In this document: in pieces, positions 28,330 to 46,293 of the stretch
Layout: each line of letters begins with the position of its first letter
Position numbering within the stretch: position 1 is the first letter of the stretch
Assembly (NCBI GenBank): GCA_964016885.1
Contig: OZ024744.1
Coordinates: 111,538,001 to 111,602,000, forward strand
Origin: Eledone cirrhosa
Taxonomy: Eukaryota
Direction of reading: 5' to 3'
Length of the DNA: 64,000 nt
The notes under the pieces: generated by a model
Told to the model about the DNA's origin: nothing
The model's database searches: none
What the model saw: the letters and a program-made list of their open reading frames with translations, nothing else
Translations under genes and position numbers: made by a program

Positions 28330-28689
28330 CTGATTTGACTGATAATGATGTATTTTAAAAAAGTATGTGTACATTCTTGTTACTATTTTAAGGCAATGCA
28401 AGCAACAACTATTTAATAAAATTTAAATTTAAAAATGACCATTGTGCATTACTAGTATGATGACATTTTATTAAGTCACAAAATTAGTCAGTCAGCCATA
28501 GAACAAGGATCAGGTGGCAAAAACATTGGCAAAAATTTGTGTCAATTTAAGATTTCCAACATTGTTCAAATGAATCATATCTGGTTTGAAGTCAGATTTG
28601 TCAAATTTTGACCAATTTTCAATGTTTTGAAGATTGGGCAAGTTCAATTTTTGAATCATTTCTTTCATGCAGTAATTAAACTTTTCCAA

Positions 28690-29095
28690 ACGTCGTCATT
28701 TCTGGATTACCTCCCCTAGCGTCACGCTTACTACTCACTCACTTGAACACAAGATTTATCAGCAAACTTTGATTATAAACTTTTTCCCGCTGGACCAAAT
28801 TTCTAGATTTTTAAGCCAAAAGATGCGTAATGATCTACTGTTCATGCTCATATAAGTTTTATCTCAGTTAAATAAAGTAGAGCCGCGCTGTACTGTCTTA
28901 AACAGACGATTGCCAACGAAAACACGACCACAACAATATTACTACCGTCCGTTTAGGATATAAATAGAGAGCTACGAAATTTTATTCGCCAAGGGCCGCT
29001 ACTGAACAAACTATCTGAACACTGCCCGAACTGCATGCACAAAAATTTTGCAACTTTCAAATACCTTAAGCCAGTGTTAATACCAGATGGCTAAA
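28690..29095 (+). pseudogene. Heavily decayed PLE C-terminal region
   Basis: RRHFWITSP, KLFPAG..IF and LLNKLSEHCPNCMHKNFATF align with PLE motifs seen elsewhere in the window. Confidence 0.6.
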
Positions 29096-29287
29096 AATGA
29101 CTTCCCCCTTTTAGTCCTTCTACCTCCTTCCCTCCCCACCCCACCTCAACCTGAAATACGGCCACTATGGTTATGTGAGTACCTCTTACCTATCTGCATT
29201 TTCTGCTTGTAGAGCTGTTTTTATGAGCCTGTGTCTATGCGTATATTTATGAGTACTTATTTGTATATATATATATGTATATATGTG

Positions 29288-29351
<64 letters not shown>

Positions 29352-29357
<6 letters not shown>

Positions 29358-29645
29358 TTATAGGAATCAAAGAACTATTCAAAACATTTTTATGCTTACA
29401 ACTGTTTCCTCCAAACCGAGGTTTGGAGGAAACAGTTGTAAGCATAAAAATGTTTTGAACAGTTCTTTGATTCCTATAATTCATATAACAGCTCTGTAAA
29501 TCATCTGATGTTATTACATTGAGCTATTTAACTTACTGGTAATAAGGTAGTAATATATTACTGCCTACCACTATTTAGGGTTTATAAAAATATATATAAC
29601 TACAAAAGGTTTTTGTATTTGCATAACCATAAATAGTATAATCAA

Positions 29646-29650
<5 letters not shown>
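29352..29650. mobile_element. Fold-back pLTR remnant (family K) with apex at the HHR stem II loop
   Basis: Palindrome 29352-29487 centred on CTCCAAACC-GA-GGTTTGGAG; matches 42510-42745. Confidence 0.82.
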
Positions 29651-29699
<49 letters not shown>

Positions 29700-29704
<5 letters not shown>

Positions 29705-29945
29705 AAAGAATAGAGGTGTAACACACAAGTTATTATATATTGGTAAACGGAATAGAAAATGCTGATAAATTGTGCACAGTTGAAAAATGGTTTAATTAGG
29801 AATAAAAGAGTATTAGTAATTACTAATACTCTTTTATTCCTAATTAAAAGAGTATTAGCAATTACTAATACTCTTTTATTCCTAATTAAACCATTTTTCA
29901 ACTATGAACAATTTGTCAGCATTTTCTATTCCGTTTACCAATATA
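29700..29945. mobile_element. Fold-back remnant of the Neptune-like pLTR end
   Basis: Matches 12907-13030 and its reverse complement. Confidence 0.8.
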
Positions 29946-29990
29946 TATATATATATATGAGAAAAACCACAGACCCTCCATCTCAACTCA

Positions 29991-30028
29991 CCTTTTGAAA
30001 AGCAGAAGAACTGCGAAACCGGTAAAGG
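29991..30028 (+). ncRNA. Minimal type I HHR with U3-A8 core (family G)
   Basis: CCTT-TTGAAAA-GCAG aagaa CTGC-GAAA-CCGG-TA-AAGG. Confidence 0.85.
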
Positions 30029-30161
30029 AACCAAATAAATATATATATTTAAAAAAAAAATAAGACTCCAGTTGCATTTTCGATTTCATCTCTTCTTCTT
30101 TATACTTTCACTCGTGTAGGACACCTCGGTTATTTTTCATTTTGTAAAAAAAAAACCTCAC

Positions 30162-30252
<91 letters not shown>

Positions 30253-30577
30253 CGAGTAGGACCCCGACGGCTGAGCTCAAGCCGTTTCGACGGCTAATTC
30301 TGGGCTAAATAGCATTTAGCCCAGAATTAGCCGTCGAAACGGCTTGAGCTCAACCGTCGGGGTCCTACTCGTTCCTATTACCCACTCTACTACCCTAAGT
30401 ATTGAGTACTTTGGTGCGTTATGGTCCACCTGGTTCTTTACCACATTTCTTCCGTTATATATATATATATATATATAAATGAAAGGTATAGAAAACATTG
30501 TAGCAAAAAGCCAACAGTATTCCATAATATATATGTGTGTGTGTGTATATATATGTGTATATATATAAGTATATGTG

Positions 30578-30616
<39 letters not shown>

Positions 30617-30845
30617 ATGTATGTGTATATATGTGTATGCGTATGTGTATATATATGTATATGTGTATGTATTTATTTATATATATATATGTGTGTATAT
30701 GTATATATATATGTATATGTATATATATATATATGTGTATATATAAATATATGTATGTGTGTGTGTATGTGTGTATATGTATGTATATATATGTATGTGT
30801 ATGTGTGTGTATATGTGTATATATATGTGTGTCTATGTGTATATA

Positions 30846-30910
<65 letters not shown>

Positions 30911-30943
30911 ATATATATATATATATGTATATATATGTATATA

Positions 30944-31120
30944 TGGTACCATGGGCCCACCACTCTGTGTCAATAATTGTCACAAGTGTAGTGTTTGTAC
31001 CAGAGTTTTCAAGTCGCTGGCTAGACTAAAAAGTCACACTCGTTCAGCGCATCGGTAGGAGTTCTCCTACATGGATATATAGTGGTAGCCGTACTCGAAA
31101 ACGAGTTGGCAGCCACCATG
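30944..31120 (+). mobile_element. 3' end of an RTE/BovB-type LINE (C-terminal C2H2 finger)
   Basis: [25 protein letters not shown] followed by a short hairpin-forming UTR. Confidence 0.55.
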
Positions 31121-31354
31121 TGTATATCTATATATGGTGAAGGCGTGTGGCTGAGTGGTTAGAGAATTGGATTCGCAATCGTAAGGTTGTGAGTTCGATT
31201 CATGGACCAGGCGATGCGTTATGTCCTTGAGGAAGACACTTTATTTCACGTTGCTCCTTCTACCTGGAGTTGCGACCGATAGATAGTATTTGCAATTGGA
31301 AAGACCAACGGAAACATTGTTCCCTCGGTCCGATTTGACGAAAGTCGATCGTTC

Positions 31355-31400
<46 letters not shown>

Positions 31401-31421
31401 ATATATATATATATATGTGTG

Positions 31422-31519
<98 letters not shown>

Positions 31520-31734
31520 GATAAATCTACCAAGAGTTTACGGTAGTGTCCAATCCGTATGAAGAACTCAATGTATTCCGGATATCATGGAAAGAAGAGA
31601 TGTAATGAAAAATCACTTTCGGTGAAAGATAAACGGAATACAGAGTCAAGATAAAATATTAAACAAATAATGAATAAAACAATGAAACAGTTCCTTATAT
31701 TAAACAAATATATATATATATGTGTGTGAATGAA

Positions 31735-35231
<3,497 letters not shown>

Positions 35232-35692
35232 GTATATCTGCGTATATAGATATGTGTGTGTATATGTATGTATATGTATGCCGTTCATTGCCAGAGAACG
35301 TCTCTATGAACCACCTAAGAGAACATTAGTCTACGACTTCTTTTATACCATAAACGTGTTTCTGTCTTTGCACGTAATTGTTTTTCACCACTCCTATTAA
35401 TGACGTATTATATTCGTTTTTTCCCGTTCTTTGCCAGCGAACGTTTCCACGAACCAAAGTATAGTCTTCCTGTCTTCCTCCGGTTGCAACGTTTTTTTAA
35501 TTATCCACATCTGCGTTTACGGATTGACTTTGTTAGTTTCAGAAGATCCCGTTAAGGGTGAAAGCAGCGATTCTTTGCTTAAACTTTAATCTGTTATTTT
35601 AATAAATATTTGCTCTACGGTTCTTATATATTTGATATATATTTATCCTTATCGAGCCCTCTTTGGATTTTAGTCTTCAAATTTATTATTAC

Positions 35693-35730
<38 letters not shown>

Positions 35731-35733
<3 letters not shown>

Positions 35734-38576
35734 TGAGCCTGTATATTTTAGGTAAATGATAACGAAAATAAAAATAAAAATAAGATAATAGATTTAGGCA
35801 TGCTAAAGTTAAATATATACGTATATATAAAATGGTGTAAATGCATTGATTATTCATAGTTCAAAATAAATGATAATCAATAAATTTAACTAAAAATTAT
35901 GTATAGAATGATACATGGAGGTTTATATGGATATAAATTTGGTATTATTGATATAAATTATGTATTATTGATAAAGTATACTTTAGGTAAATGATAACAG
36001 TTATAATTTTATATAATAAGGTTCGAAACGTGCTATAGTTAAATATATATATATAAGAAAAGCAAGGAAAGTTTACACTGTTGAATATTTTCCTAAATAT
36101 AAACTTTACCGGAGATAATCAATTGTCAACTTATGGTATGTAAATCTTATGAAGTACTTATTGTTAGAAATATTTAATTAACGATTATGTATATAGATAT
36201 TTATTAATGAGCCAGTATATTTTAGGTAAATGATAACGAAAAAAATATAATAGATTGAAGCATGCAAAGTTAAATATATACCAATATAACAGGGTGTAAA
36301 TGCATTAATTATTCATAGTTCGAAATAAATAATAATCAAAAACAGGAAAAATTCACAGTTAGGAATAAGTTCAATAAAAATGTATGGGTTGGATATTAAA
36401 CTAAAATTTAAACCATATTAAATATGATAAATAAAAAACTGCCGGAGATTACCGGTGGTTTATATAGGGACGACATTTTATTTACCGTGGTCAAACACAA
36501 CAATATAGAACTAAATAGAGTAAAGAAAAGTATAATAGAATTCTTTAAAAAGTACGACCTTAAGTTAGAAGTAGAAAATGGTACCAAAATAGTTAATTTC
36601 CTAGACGTTACGTTTAACTTAAACACTGGCTTCTATTACCATTTCATAAACCCAATGAAAACTTAAATTATGTTAGTAACCATTCCAATCACCCTAAATC
36701 TGTAAAAAAAAAAAGCTATAGTAAATAGTGTGCAAAAACGAATTAATAAAATATCAGCCAATAAGGATGAAAATGCTGAATACTACAACAACGCGTTAAA
36801 AGGAGCAGGATATATGAATAATATAGAATATGTAGATAATAATAATCCAAGTATTAATCTTAATAAAAATAATAACATATATAAGAAAAACTCTAAAAAT
36901 TATAATTCAAACACCCATACGCCAAATAAATCTAGGATAAGAACTAGAACTAAAGCAGTCATATGGTTCACCCCCCCCCCGCTTCGGTCGCAGTCAAAAC
37001 ACCTATTGCAAAATTATTCTTTAACGCTTTGGACACCTCTTTCCCTACTCAACATAAATACCATTCCATTTTAAATAGACATACCATTAAATTCTCATAT
37101 TCGACAACGATGAACATGGCCCAAAATATTGCCAAATTAAACACTAAAATCCTAAAACAAAACCAGCATAATGATCTTAATAATAGAGTTAACATAAATG
37201 ATACTAAACCAAAATGTAATTGTAGAAATAAATCTGATTGCCCTTTGCAAAATAATTGTCTAGATAGTAACTTGGTTTATAAATGCACCGTAAAAACTGA
37301 TCACAACACATACAACTACATAGGATCGACGTCTTCTACATTTAAAGCCAGATTTGGGAACCATAAATGCTCTTTCTCGAACTCCAAGAGGAAATCATCC
37401 ACATCTTTATCACAGCTCATATGGTCATTAAAAGAGAGGAATTTAAAATACTCCATTCTTTGGACTAAACTTCGGAACTGTGGAGTTTACCGCAACTCCA
37501 GTATATCAAATAACTGCGCACTCTGTACAATGGAGACCCTGTTGATTATTAATAATTATGAGACCCTCATTAACAAAAAAAGTGAATTATTCTCTAGTTG
37601 CCTCCACAAAGCTACGTCCACATTCTTAGCCTCCCACAAAACGAGAAAAAAGAGAGAGAAACACTTAACCATTAAAAACTTGGTTGTCAGACGTTTATAA
37701 TCAACAGGGAAAAACATTAATGGCCTTTAATATTGCATTATCTTATAATCTATCTATAGAAGAAATAACGCTTGAATGAAAAACACAAATTCAATAACAT
37801 GCCGGAACATTGATATACATAACATAATATTATAATTATTAATTTTGATCCATACCATTATTTCTTTATTTCTCTATCTTTATCTTCCTATCTAAGGTTT
37901 AAATTTTAGTTTAATATCCAACCCATACATTCTTATGGAACTTATTTCTAACTGAATTTTTCATGTGTTTTTTATTATTATTTATTTCGAACTATGAATA
38001 ATTAATGCATTTACACCCTGTTATATTGGTATATATTTAACTTTGCATGCTTCAATCTATTATATTTTTTTCGTTATCATTTACCTAAAATATACTGGCT
38101 CATTAATAAATATCTATATACATAATCGTTAATTAAATATTTCTAACAATAAGTACTTCATAAGATTTACATACCATAAGTTGACAATTGATTATCTTCG
38201 GTAAAGTTTATATTTAGGAAAATATTCAACAATGTAAACTTTCCTTGCTTTTCTTATATATATATATTTAACTATAACACGTTTCGAACCTTATTATATA
38301 AAATTATAACTGTTATCATTTACCTAAAGTATACTTTATCAATAATACATAATTTATATCAATAATACCTAATTTATATCCATATAAACCTCCATGTATC
38401 ATTCTATACATCATTTTTAGTTAAATTTATTGATTATCATTTATTTTGAACTATGAATAATCAATGCATTTACACCATTTTATATATACGTATATATTTA
38501 ACTTTAGCATGCCTAAATCTATTATCTTATTTTTATTTTTATTTTCGTTAACATTTACCTAAAATATACAGGCTCA

Positions 38577-38580
<4 letters not shown>
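35731..38580 (+). mobile_element. 5'-truncated PLE with ~680-bp inverted arms (35731-36412 vs 37897-38580)
   Basis: Frameshifted ORFs 36424-37700: GLYRDD, NFLDV, CNCRNKSDCPL, YIGST, CALC. Confidence 0.9.
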
Positions 38581-38650
<70 letters not shown>

Positions 38651-39998
38651 TATGTATACCTACATACATATATGTATACAGACGTACAGTAGTATGTATA
38701 TATATATATACATACATGCACACATATATATATGTACGAATGGATTCACCGAACATTTATTATAATGCTCGGTGTGTGTGTTTGTAAACAAACATCCCGA
38801 ATTAAGCCGTACAGTGTCTAACAACCATCGTTGCTCGTTTGTTCAACCCTGACAAAGGAACGCTGTACTAGTTTCAAGCTTATTAGCTATCGTCAGCAAC
38901 GTATACCTTCCTGCCAGATGATTGAACGTCTGAAAGTATATACTTTCCTTATGCATATTAACGGCTGAGCAGCCTAATTTGCATATCGAAAGTATATACT
39001 TTCAGACGTTCAATCATCTGGCAGGAAGGTATACGTTGCTGACGATAGCTAATAAGCTTGAAACTAGTACAGCGTTCCTTTGTCAGGGTTGAACAAATGA
39101 GCAACGATGGTTGCTAGACACTACGGCTTAATACGGGATGTTTGTTTACAAACAAACCGAGCATTATAATAAATGTTCGGTGAATCCATACGTACATGTA
39201 TATATGTGTGCATGTATGTATCTATATATACATACTACTGTACGTCTGTATACATATATGTATGTACGTATACATACTTATATATATATATATATATGTA
39301 TATAAACATAATAGTTATTTAAATATTTCTAACAATAAATACTTCATAAGATTTACATACTATATATGTTGACAATGAATATCTCCGGTAAAACTTACAT
39401 TTAGAAAAATATTCGACAGTGTAAACTTTATTTTCCGCTGGCCATTCTAAATCCTTTAAAAGTTATCATCCTAAAATTCTGAAGTTTAGAAATGTTAAAA
39501 CACTTATTGAATTTACAAAACTAATAAATAACCTGCAATTTTTTTTTTTTTAAATCTAAAATCTTGACTCTTCACCCTAAAATAGCATAAATTAAATATT
39601 TTCAAACTTAACCGTTTAACTTTCAGAAAATCTCCTTCTACTTATATTCCCTCTCTCTATATATATTACCTCAGCGGCTCTCATTGACCGCTTTCCCTGA
39701 TAAATTGTAGTATCATACATTTTAAAATCTCTATAACTGTTACATTAAGCAACGTTTTTCTTACTCACACATTCTCTATTGAATTTATTACGTTTTCGCA
39801 TTTTCTCATTATTAAGGTATAAATGTTAAACTTTCTCTTAGGTTAATCACTACCTTGATTAAATCTTAACCATTTAACATCTCAGGGTATGTCATATATC
39901 ATTATATTTTGTCTGATGAGGACGTAATGTTGTACATCCGAAATATGTATAATAAAATGTAATTGATAAAAAGAACATCTATTTTATTAATATTTGTA

Positions 39999-40047
<49 letters not shown>

Positions 40048-40110
40048 ATATGTTGATTCAAAACTGCACTATCCACAAGTGTTTTTTAACCTTCATATCA
40101 TGTCTTCCTG

Positions 40111-40177
40111 TTTTATCTGATGAAAACACAAATATTATTGCATGATGATATTTGTTTTTGAAATGCGCATAATAAAA
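40111..40177 (+). ncRNA. Type I HHR with long stem II (family O); second copy 34316-34382 (-)
   Basis: TTTTAT-CTGATGA-AAAcACAAATATTATT gcat GATGATATTTGT tTTT-GAAA-TGCGCA-TA-ATAAAA. Confidence 0.87.
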
Positions 40178-40209
40178 TACATGGAACTCTTTTAACCATC
40201 TTTTGTTCT

Positions 40210-40284
<75 letters not shown>

Positions 40285-40291
<7 letters not shown>

Positions 40292-42745
40292 AGAATCAAA
40301 GCTATGTTCAAAGCATTTATTCACTTACAATTGTTTCATCCAAACCTAGGCTTGAAGTCTTCGGAGCATTTTTCAATGTTTGTACACATAATTGACCTCC
40401 TTTCCAACGTAAGAAACATACAGATACATATGTATATATTGATATACAGTGGAGTGACATATATTATATTATATTATTTCTGTATAGCAATTCAAATTCA
40501 AAATCAAAATCAAAATTAAAATTAAAATTAAAACAAAATTAAAATACATTCGGCAGTTAACATAGATAATGCAAGAGGATAGTTTGTTAGTCAGATGTAG
40601 TAGTTATTGTATGAGTTAGTTACACGTGGGGCATGCACGTGTGTCTCATTTATATATGATTATTGTGACATGTAATACAAGCACTTTAAGCGGGTAAGTA
40701 AGAGTATTATGGAGGTTGTAGTGGTAAGGTATTTTTTGTATATAATAAAAAGGTATGCAGAAAAATAAAAATAAAAAGGACAAGCAAAAGAGAGTTATGG
40801 TTTTCGTATCCACCACCATTTTCACATTCAGGGAATGTAATATATAGTTTATATATCCATCACATAATTAACGATGATTCCGTATTGGATGTTTGATGCA
40901 TTAAATTAAATTATTTTAGCTTATTGCGGCTCAGTGTTCTTTAATCCAATGTTATAGAGTAGGTTGTTTCTGCTGCGAGGATTTACATCGGTTTATTATC
41001 CGGAAGTATGTGTGTAATTAAGGGGAGTTAATGCGTAAAGGGAGGTAACTATCTGATTTCCATAACTAAATTTATTATTCTAACATACATTATAAGGCGC
41101 CTCAATTGAGTCCCTTATATAGACGGTTATATATTTATATTCAGTTTCCAATTTTAAATACAGTCTACTCTATCATGATGTACTAAAGGTATCTATATTA
41201 GGATGATTACTCCCTATCATACAGTGCTACAACTGAATACTCCATACAAAGAGCCATATCTTTATATCAAAGTTCTTTGCAAATGTAGTCTACTCACGGA
41301 ACATGTCAGAGGACCTATTAGTACTATGTCTACATAACCCCTGGTAAGTTCTGGAGCAGCGTATGGCTGTTTGCATGGCAAAGCCAAATACATCTGTAGG
41401 GCAGACAAATATATCCCTCATTTACAATGTCATTAATCTATCCATCAAGTTATACTTGTATATATAACTCACATACCATTCATACATAATTCATTGCACT
41501 CAACATATAGGTTATACAGATCTCTTATGTTAATAAATTAATCTTATATATATCCAATGTTATCACTCCATACATACAAATACATTTGCATAAATAATTC
41601 ATTGTCGAATCTGGTATTTAAAGCTTACATAGACTGTATTGTATCACTATATAATTATAAGTAATTGAAAGTAATTATACTAAAAGTAGGTGTTTATGGG
41701 GATAATTCTAGGGTATAAAGTTATAGATAGATGGAATGATTCGTGTTGAGATAAGGTGGATCAGAGAGTGTGGAGTTGTGGTGTAAGGTGTGCCCTTGAG
41801 GTGTAGTGTTAGAAGTGGTGATGGTTCATGTCTGACATTGTTATATATTGGGTTTAAAGTTTTGGAAGGAGTGCCGGAAGCGGTGCTGGCACGACGCAAA
41901 CACTTCCGATTTTTTTATTAAGGAGGTTCTGGTTTGAGAAGATTATAGTATGGGTCTCTAGTAGACAGAGGTTACAGAATTTATTAGGTGGTTTGAACGA
42001 TGCCGCCTTACCTATCACTTCCCATTTAAGTGTATAAGATCTATTTTTAGTTTTTAGATAGTGTATGTTGCTAGATAGTGAAGTGGAGTTGGCTAGACTG
42101 TGTTTTATATACAAAAAATACCTTACCACTACAACCTCCATAATACTCTTACTTACCCGCTTAAAGTGCTTGTATTACATGTAACACCCTGCCACACAAT
42201 AATCATATATAAATGAGACACACGTGCATGCCCCACGTGTAACTAACTCATACAATAACTACTACATCTGACTAACAAACTATCCTCTTGCATTATCTAT
42301 GTTAACTGCCGAATGTATTTTAATTTTGTTTTAATTTTGTTTTAATTTTAATTTTGATTTTGATTTTGAATTTGAATTGCCATACAGAAATAGTATAGTA
42401 TAATATAAGACACTCCACTGTACATCAATATATACATATGTATCTGTATGTCTCTTGCGTTGGAAAGGAGGTCAATTATGTGTACAAACATTGAAAAATG
42501 CTCCGAAGACTACAAGCCTAGGTTTGGAGGAAACAATTGTAAGTGAATAAATGCTTTGAACATAGCTTTGATTCTTGTGAATTCTATATAACTGCTCTGT
42601 AAAACAACTGATGTTATTACATTGAGCTAATTTATCTTACTGGTAATAAGGTAGTAATAAATTACTGACCTTCACTGTTTAGGGTTTAAAATATATATAA
42701 CTATAAAAGGTTTTAGTATATACATAACCATAAATAGTATCCTTA
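40285..42745 (-). mobile_element. 5'-truncated PLE (family K): endonuclease C-terminus ~41850-42100, long 3' UTR, inverted 5' pLTR 42105-42745
   Basis: STSLSSNIHYLK..YTLKWEVI..CNLCLLE..LLNKK; 40285-40745 is inverted at 42105-42585. Confidence 0.87.
42499..42545 (+). ncRNA. Type I HHR-like motif, core CCGAAGA (family K; also 40322-40368 -)
   Basis: TGCT-CCGAAGA-CTaCAAGCC ta GGTTTGgAG-GAAA-CAATTG-TA-AGTG. Confidence 0.72.
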
Positions 42746-42777
<32 letters not shown>

Positions 42778-42801
42778 ATGTATAAAAATCAATACAATAT
42801 A

Positions 42802-42879
42802 ATTACCTCATTACCAGAGGTTTCCCGAATGAGGCGAATACGAAAGAAACGTCTTCATTCGTTCGTCAGACGAGGCAAT
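42802..42879 (-). ncRNA. Type I HHR, family L (second copy 46513-46590)
   Basis: ATTGCCTCGT-CTGACGA-aCGAATGA...TCATTCGg-GAAA-CC tct GG-TA-ATGAGGTAAT; 10-bp stem I. Confidence 0.85.
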
Positions 42880-43551
42880 ATAAAACATGGGTAAATACTT
42901 GGAAAGTCTCATCAAGAAAAGCAAAAAAACAAAAAAACAAAGAAGATATAGACAAATGAATTAGAATATGAAATATATAATAATGTTTCAAGAAATATAG
43001 TTAGGTGTGTGTATATGTATGTATATACGCTCACAGATATGCATATATGTGTATGCACATATGTATACGTATAGTGAAAAAGTGTGCGTAAATATATAAT
43101 TTAGGGCAAATGTATCTGTATGTCTGTAATCTACAGACAGAATAGATACATCATAAGAATATGAAGGCACGCGCATAAACACACCTACACACACGTACAC
43201 TTAGATGCGGAAGAAAAGAGGTAAGGGAGTGTAATAATTAAAGTAAAGTATCAATCTCGATATATTTATAAAAATGGAACAATAATTTAGAAAGAAAAAA
43301 TTAAAGAAAACAAACACGGTACATACATACACACACACGTATATCTCACAAAAGAAACGCAAAAATATACATGCTTATATACACACGCACATTTACACAT
43401 CCATACGTTCGATACGTACACACACACATACTTACACTCACGCATATTGACCTGTGTGCATGCACACGCATAACAATGAGGATGTAAAAAAAGGAACAAA
43501 ACATAAAACCTAGATGTAAAAAACACGGATATAAAGACACATACACATACG

Positions 43552-43624
<73 letters not shown>

Positions 43625-44158
43625 GCACGCGCGCGCACATACGTAGTCGCTTATGTACATATATAGAAAGTATGCACACATTAAGGCGTTCAGCCACATT
43701 GATACAGGGTGTAAAAACTTGTGGATAAGTAAGTACAAATATAAAATTATAAAATTGTAAGATTGGCTGCGCAAAAATAAAAAATAAAAATAAAGATAAA
43801 AAATATATCTGGAGTGGAAAACGCAAATGACCTATATAATCAGTTAGTGAAGGAAATAGGGAAGTAAAAAATGGGAAAGTGAAGATATTAGGTAAGTGAA
43901 TCGGAGAATGAGGGGGGGGGGTTATTGGTGGATGTGAAGTAAAAATAAAAAAATAAAAAAATAATAAAATAATAATATATAAATAAAAATAAAAATAAAA
44001 ATAAAAATAAAAATAAAAATAAAAATAAAAATAAAAATAAAAATAAAAATAAAAATAAAAATAAAAATAAAAATAAAAATAAAAATAAATGAAATTAATG
44101 ATAAGGATAAAAATGAAAGTAAATCAGAAAGGGTAATTATAAAGAGAATAATAAGAGT

Positions 44159-46293
44159 TTATGGAGGATAAGTATCTGAAAGTGTGTTAAGTTTATATGA
44201 GCTGGAAAGCAGGTGTGATTTCATGTGTGGGCAACTGGTGAACATTTCCGTCTTTGTGTTCAGGCAGGTCTTTGGTGATTTTTGATTTTGCAATATCCAA
44301 TATTTTTCATTTATGCAGAGCGTGCATTTTCTTGTTCCTCTAGCATATTCTTTAGATTGGTTCAAAATTGACCAATCTAATTTATATTGGATGCCTTGGT
44401 CTTTCAAATCCCAAATTATGCTAGCCAGAGCTGTTGTAAATCTTTTTTCTGGATGTCGAAAGGATGCGACATGTGAGTAATAACGCGTTTTGAATTTGTC
44501 TTGCGTCATACCCACATATCGTTCACTGGTGGCTGGATGGTTGTTGCTGATGGTTGTCACATTAGCCGCATATACAATGGCTTTGGTGTTGCATTTACCT
44601 TGTAATGGGCATTCACTTTTGATTCTACAGGAGCAAGTTTGATTTTCTCTAGGTGATATTTTGTTGATGATATAGGACTTAATAGGGGGACCGCAGGAAT
44701 AGCTAATTTTGATACAGTTTCTGTTAAAGATCTTATAGTATCTATGTGTTCTAGGGAAATGTTTATCTTGGAGCTCAAGGAATTTTTTGCCTACATTAGT
44801 TTTAACTGCTAGAGAGTAGGGGTGGGGGGACCAGATTATTTTTCTTTTCCTGTTTTTATGTTTAATAGAGTTAGTATAGTTGGGTATGTATTTAATCGGT
44901 TCGCTAAAACCGCTATTTTGGAGGGCTTTATTATAGTAGGGGGATGCCTTATTAAAAATACCTTCTGAGGAAGAGAGGGTGGAGATCCTACGGCTAATAT
45001 TAGGGATAAGGTTTTTAAAAACTATAGGTGGATGGCAAGAGCCTTTATTTATATATTTGAAGTTTTCATTAGGTTTATGGTATGGTTTATAAGAAGCAGT
45101 AGGCAAATCTAGGTTTATATCTAGGAAATCTACATTGGAAAGGTTAGTGTCAATAGTAATTTTAAGATTAAAACTAGCGATGGTTTTTATTAAGTCTTTC
45201 CTTAATCTATCTAAGTTATGGCCTATGGTGGTATGGGAAAGTATTAGACCATCGTCGCGATAAAGCCCAAAAATATGGTTAGGAAATTTTTCTTTAAGTG
45301 TATGTAGGAGGAATAGGCCGACCAGATCACAAACATCAGCACTGTCGTAAGAGCCCATTGAGACATCGAATGGGTTCTCTGGGTTAGATATTTTTACCCA
45401 AGTGTCATTATCATTAAAGAGTAGAGTGTTTCTAGCGTGCAAGATGACATTCTCTTCAATATCGGAGATATTAGTAAACGCTCTAGCGAAATTTAAAGCT
45501 TTCGCTAAAAGGGTCTGAGTGATAGATGGGTAGAAATCTACAATGTCAAATTGGGTGAATCTAGAACTATTTTTGTTTTTAATATTATTAAACCAATGTA
45601 CTACAGAAGAGCTAGTTATCCATTGGAGTAATTTAGACTTCTAATGTGTGTATTTATATTATTTAAAATTTTTTTGCTGGCAAGACCAATATCAGTCTTA
45701 GCAGGGTTGATTAATCTACAACTAGGACGATTAATAAAGTCGGGTTTATGATCTTTAAGGGTGATGTACTCATTACGTTTAGCAAGTTTTTCTGTCCTAT
45801 TATCTATTTTTAAAGAAACAGCTAATTCTTTAGCTTCCTTATTTATATTATGGTACGTATTTATATTAGCTATTTGGTATTTAGAGGTGATATTATCTAT
45901 TAATAGTTGGTCGTGTAAATTATTATTAACTTCATATAGGTTTTTAGTTTTATCGGAGAAGATGAACTTATTATTAGAAGATTTGAAAGTTGAAATATCA
46001 TTAGATAGTTTAGATTGAAAAGGGTTAGAGTACTTACGAAAATTGATATTGTTGATTAGGTTAACTAGGTCTAATTCAAAGGCGGTCATATCATTTACTC
46101 TTTGCGGGTATTTATGAGTTTTGATGTCAAAATATTCCGTAGAATCCGTGTTAAAGTGTCCATCGAGAATCAAAGCTTTCCATCTCATTCTTTTAACAAC
46201 CTTCTCTACTTTGTCTATCAGTATTTTCGTGTAGAGAGTGTTAGAAGGTGTTGGGATATTCTTTACAGAGTAGTCCAAAGGGTATCTATCCAT
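44159..46293 (-). pseudogene. PLE RT plus GIY-YIG polyprotein (~710 codons) with one frameshift near 45630
   Basis: YSVKNIP, SDKTKNLY, ITLKDHK, CRLINP, FDIVDFYPSI, MGSYD, GLYRDDGL, CSCR..CPLQGKC, YVGMT. Confidence 0.9.

Noticed and set aside
29060-29080. CCAGTG-TTAA as a piggyBac end
   Set aside because: Lies inside a decayed PLE coding remnant; no partner TIR found
39365-39432. TTGACAA..GAATAT/ATATTC-GACA possible U3-A8 HHR (related copies ~38180 and ~36100)
   Set aside because: GAAA is absent in all three copies and stem I is weak
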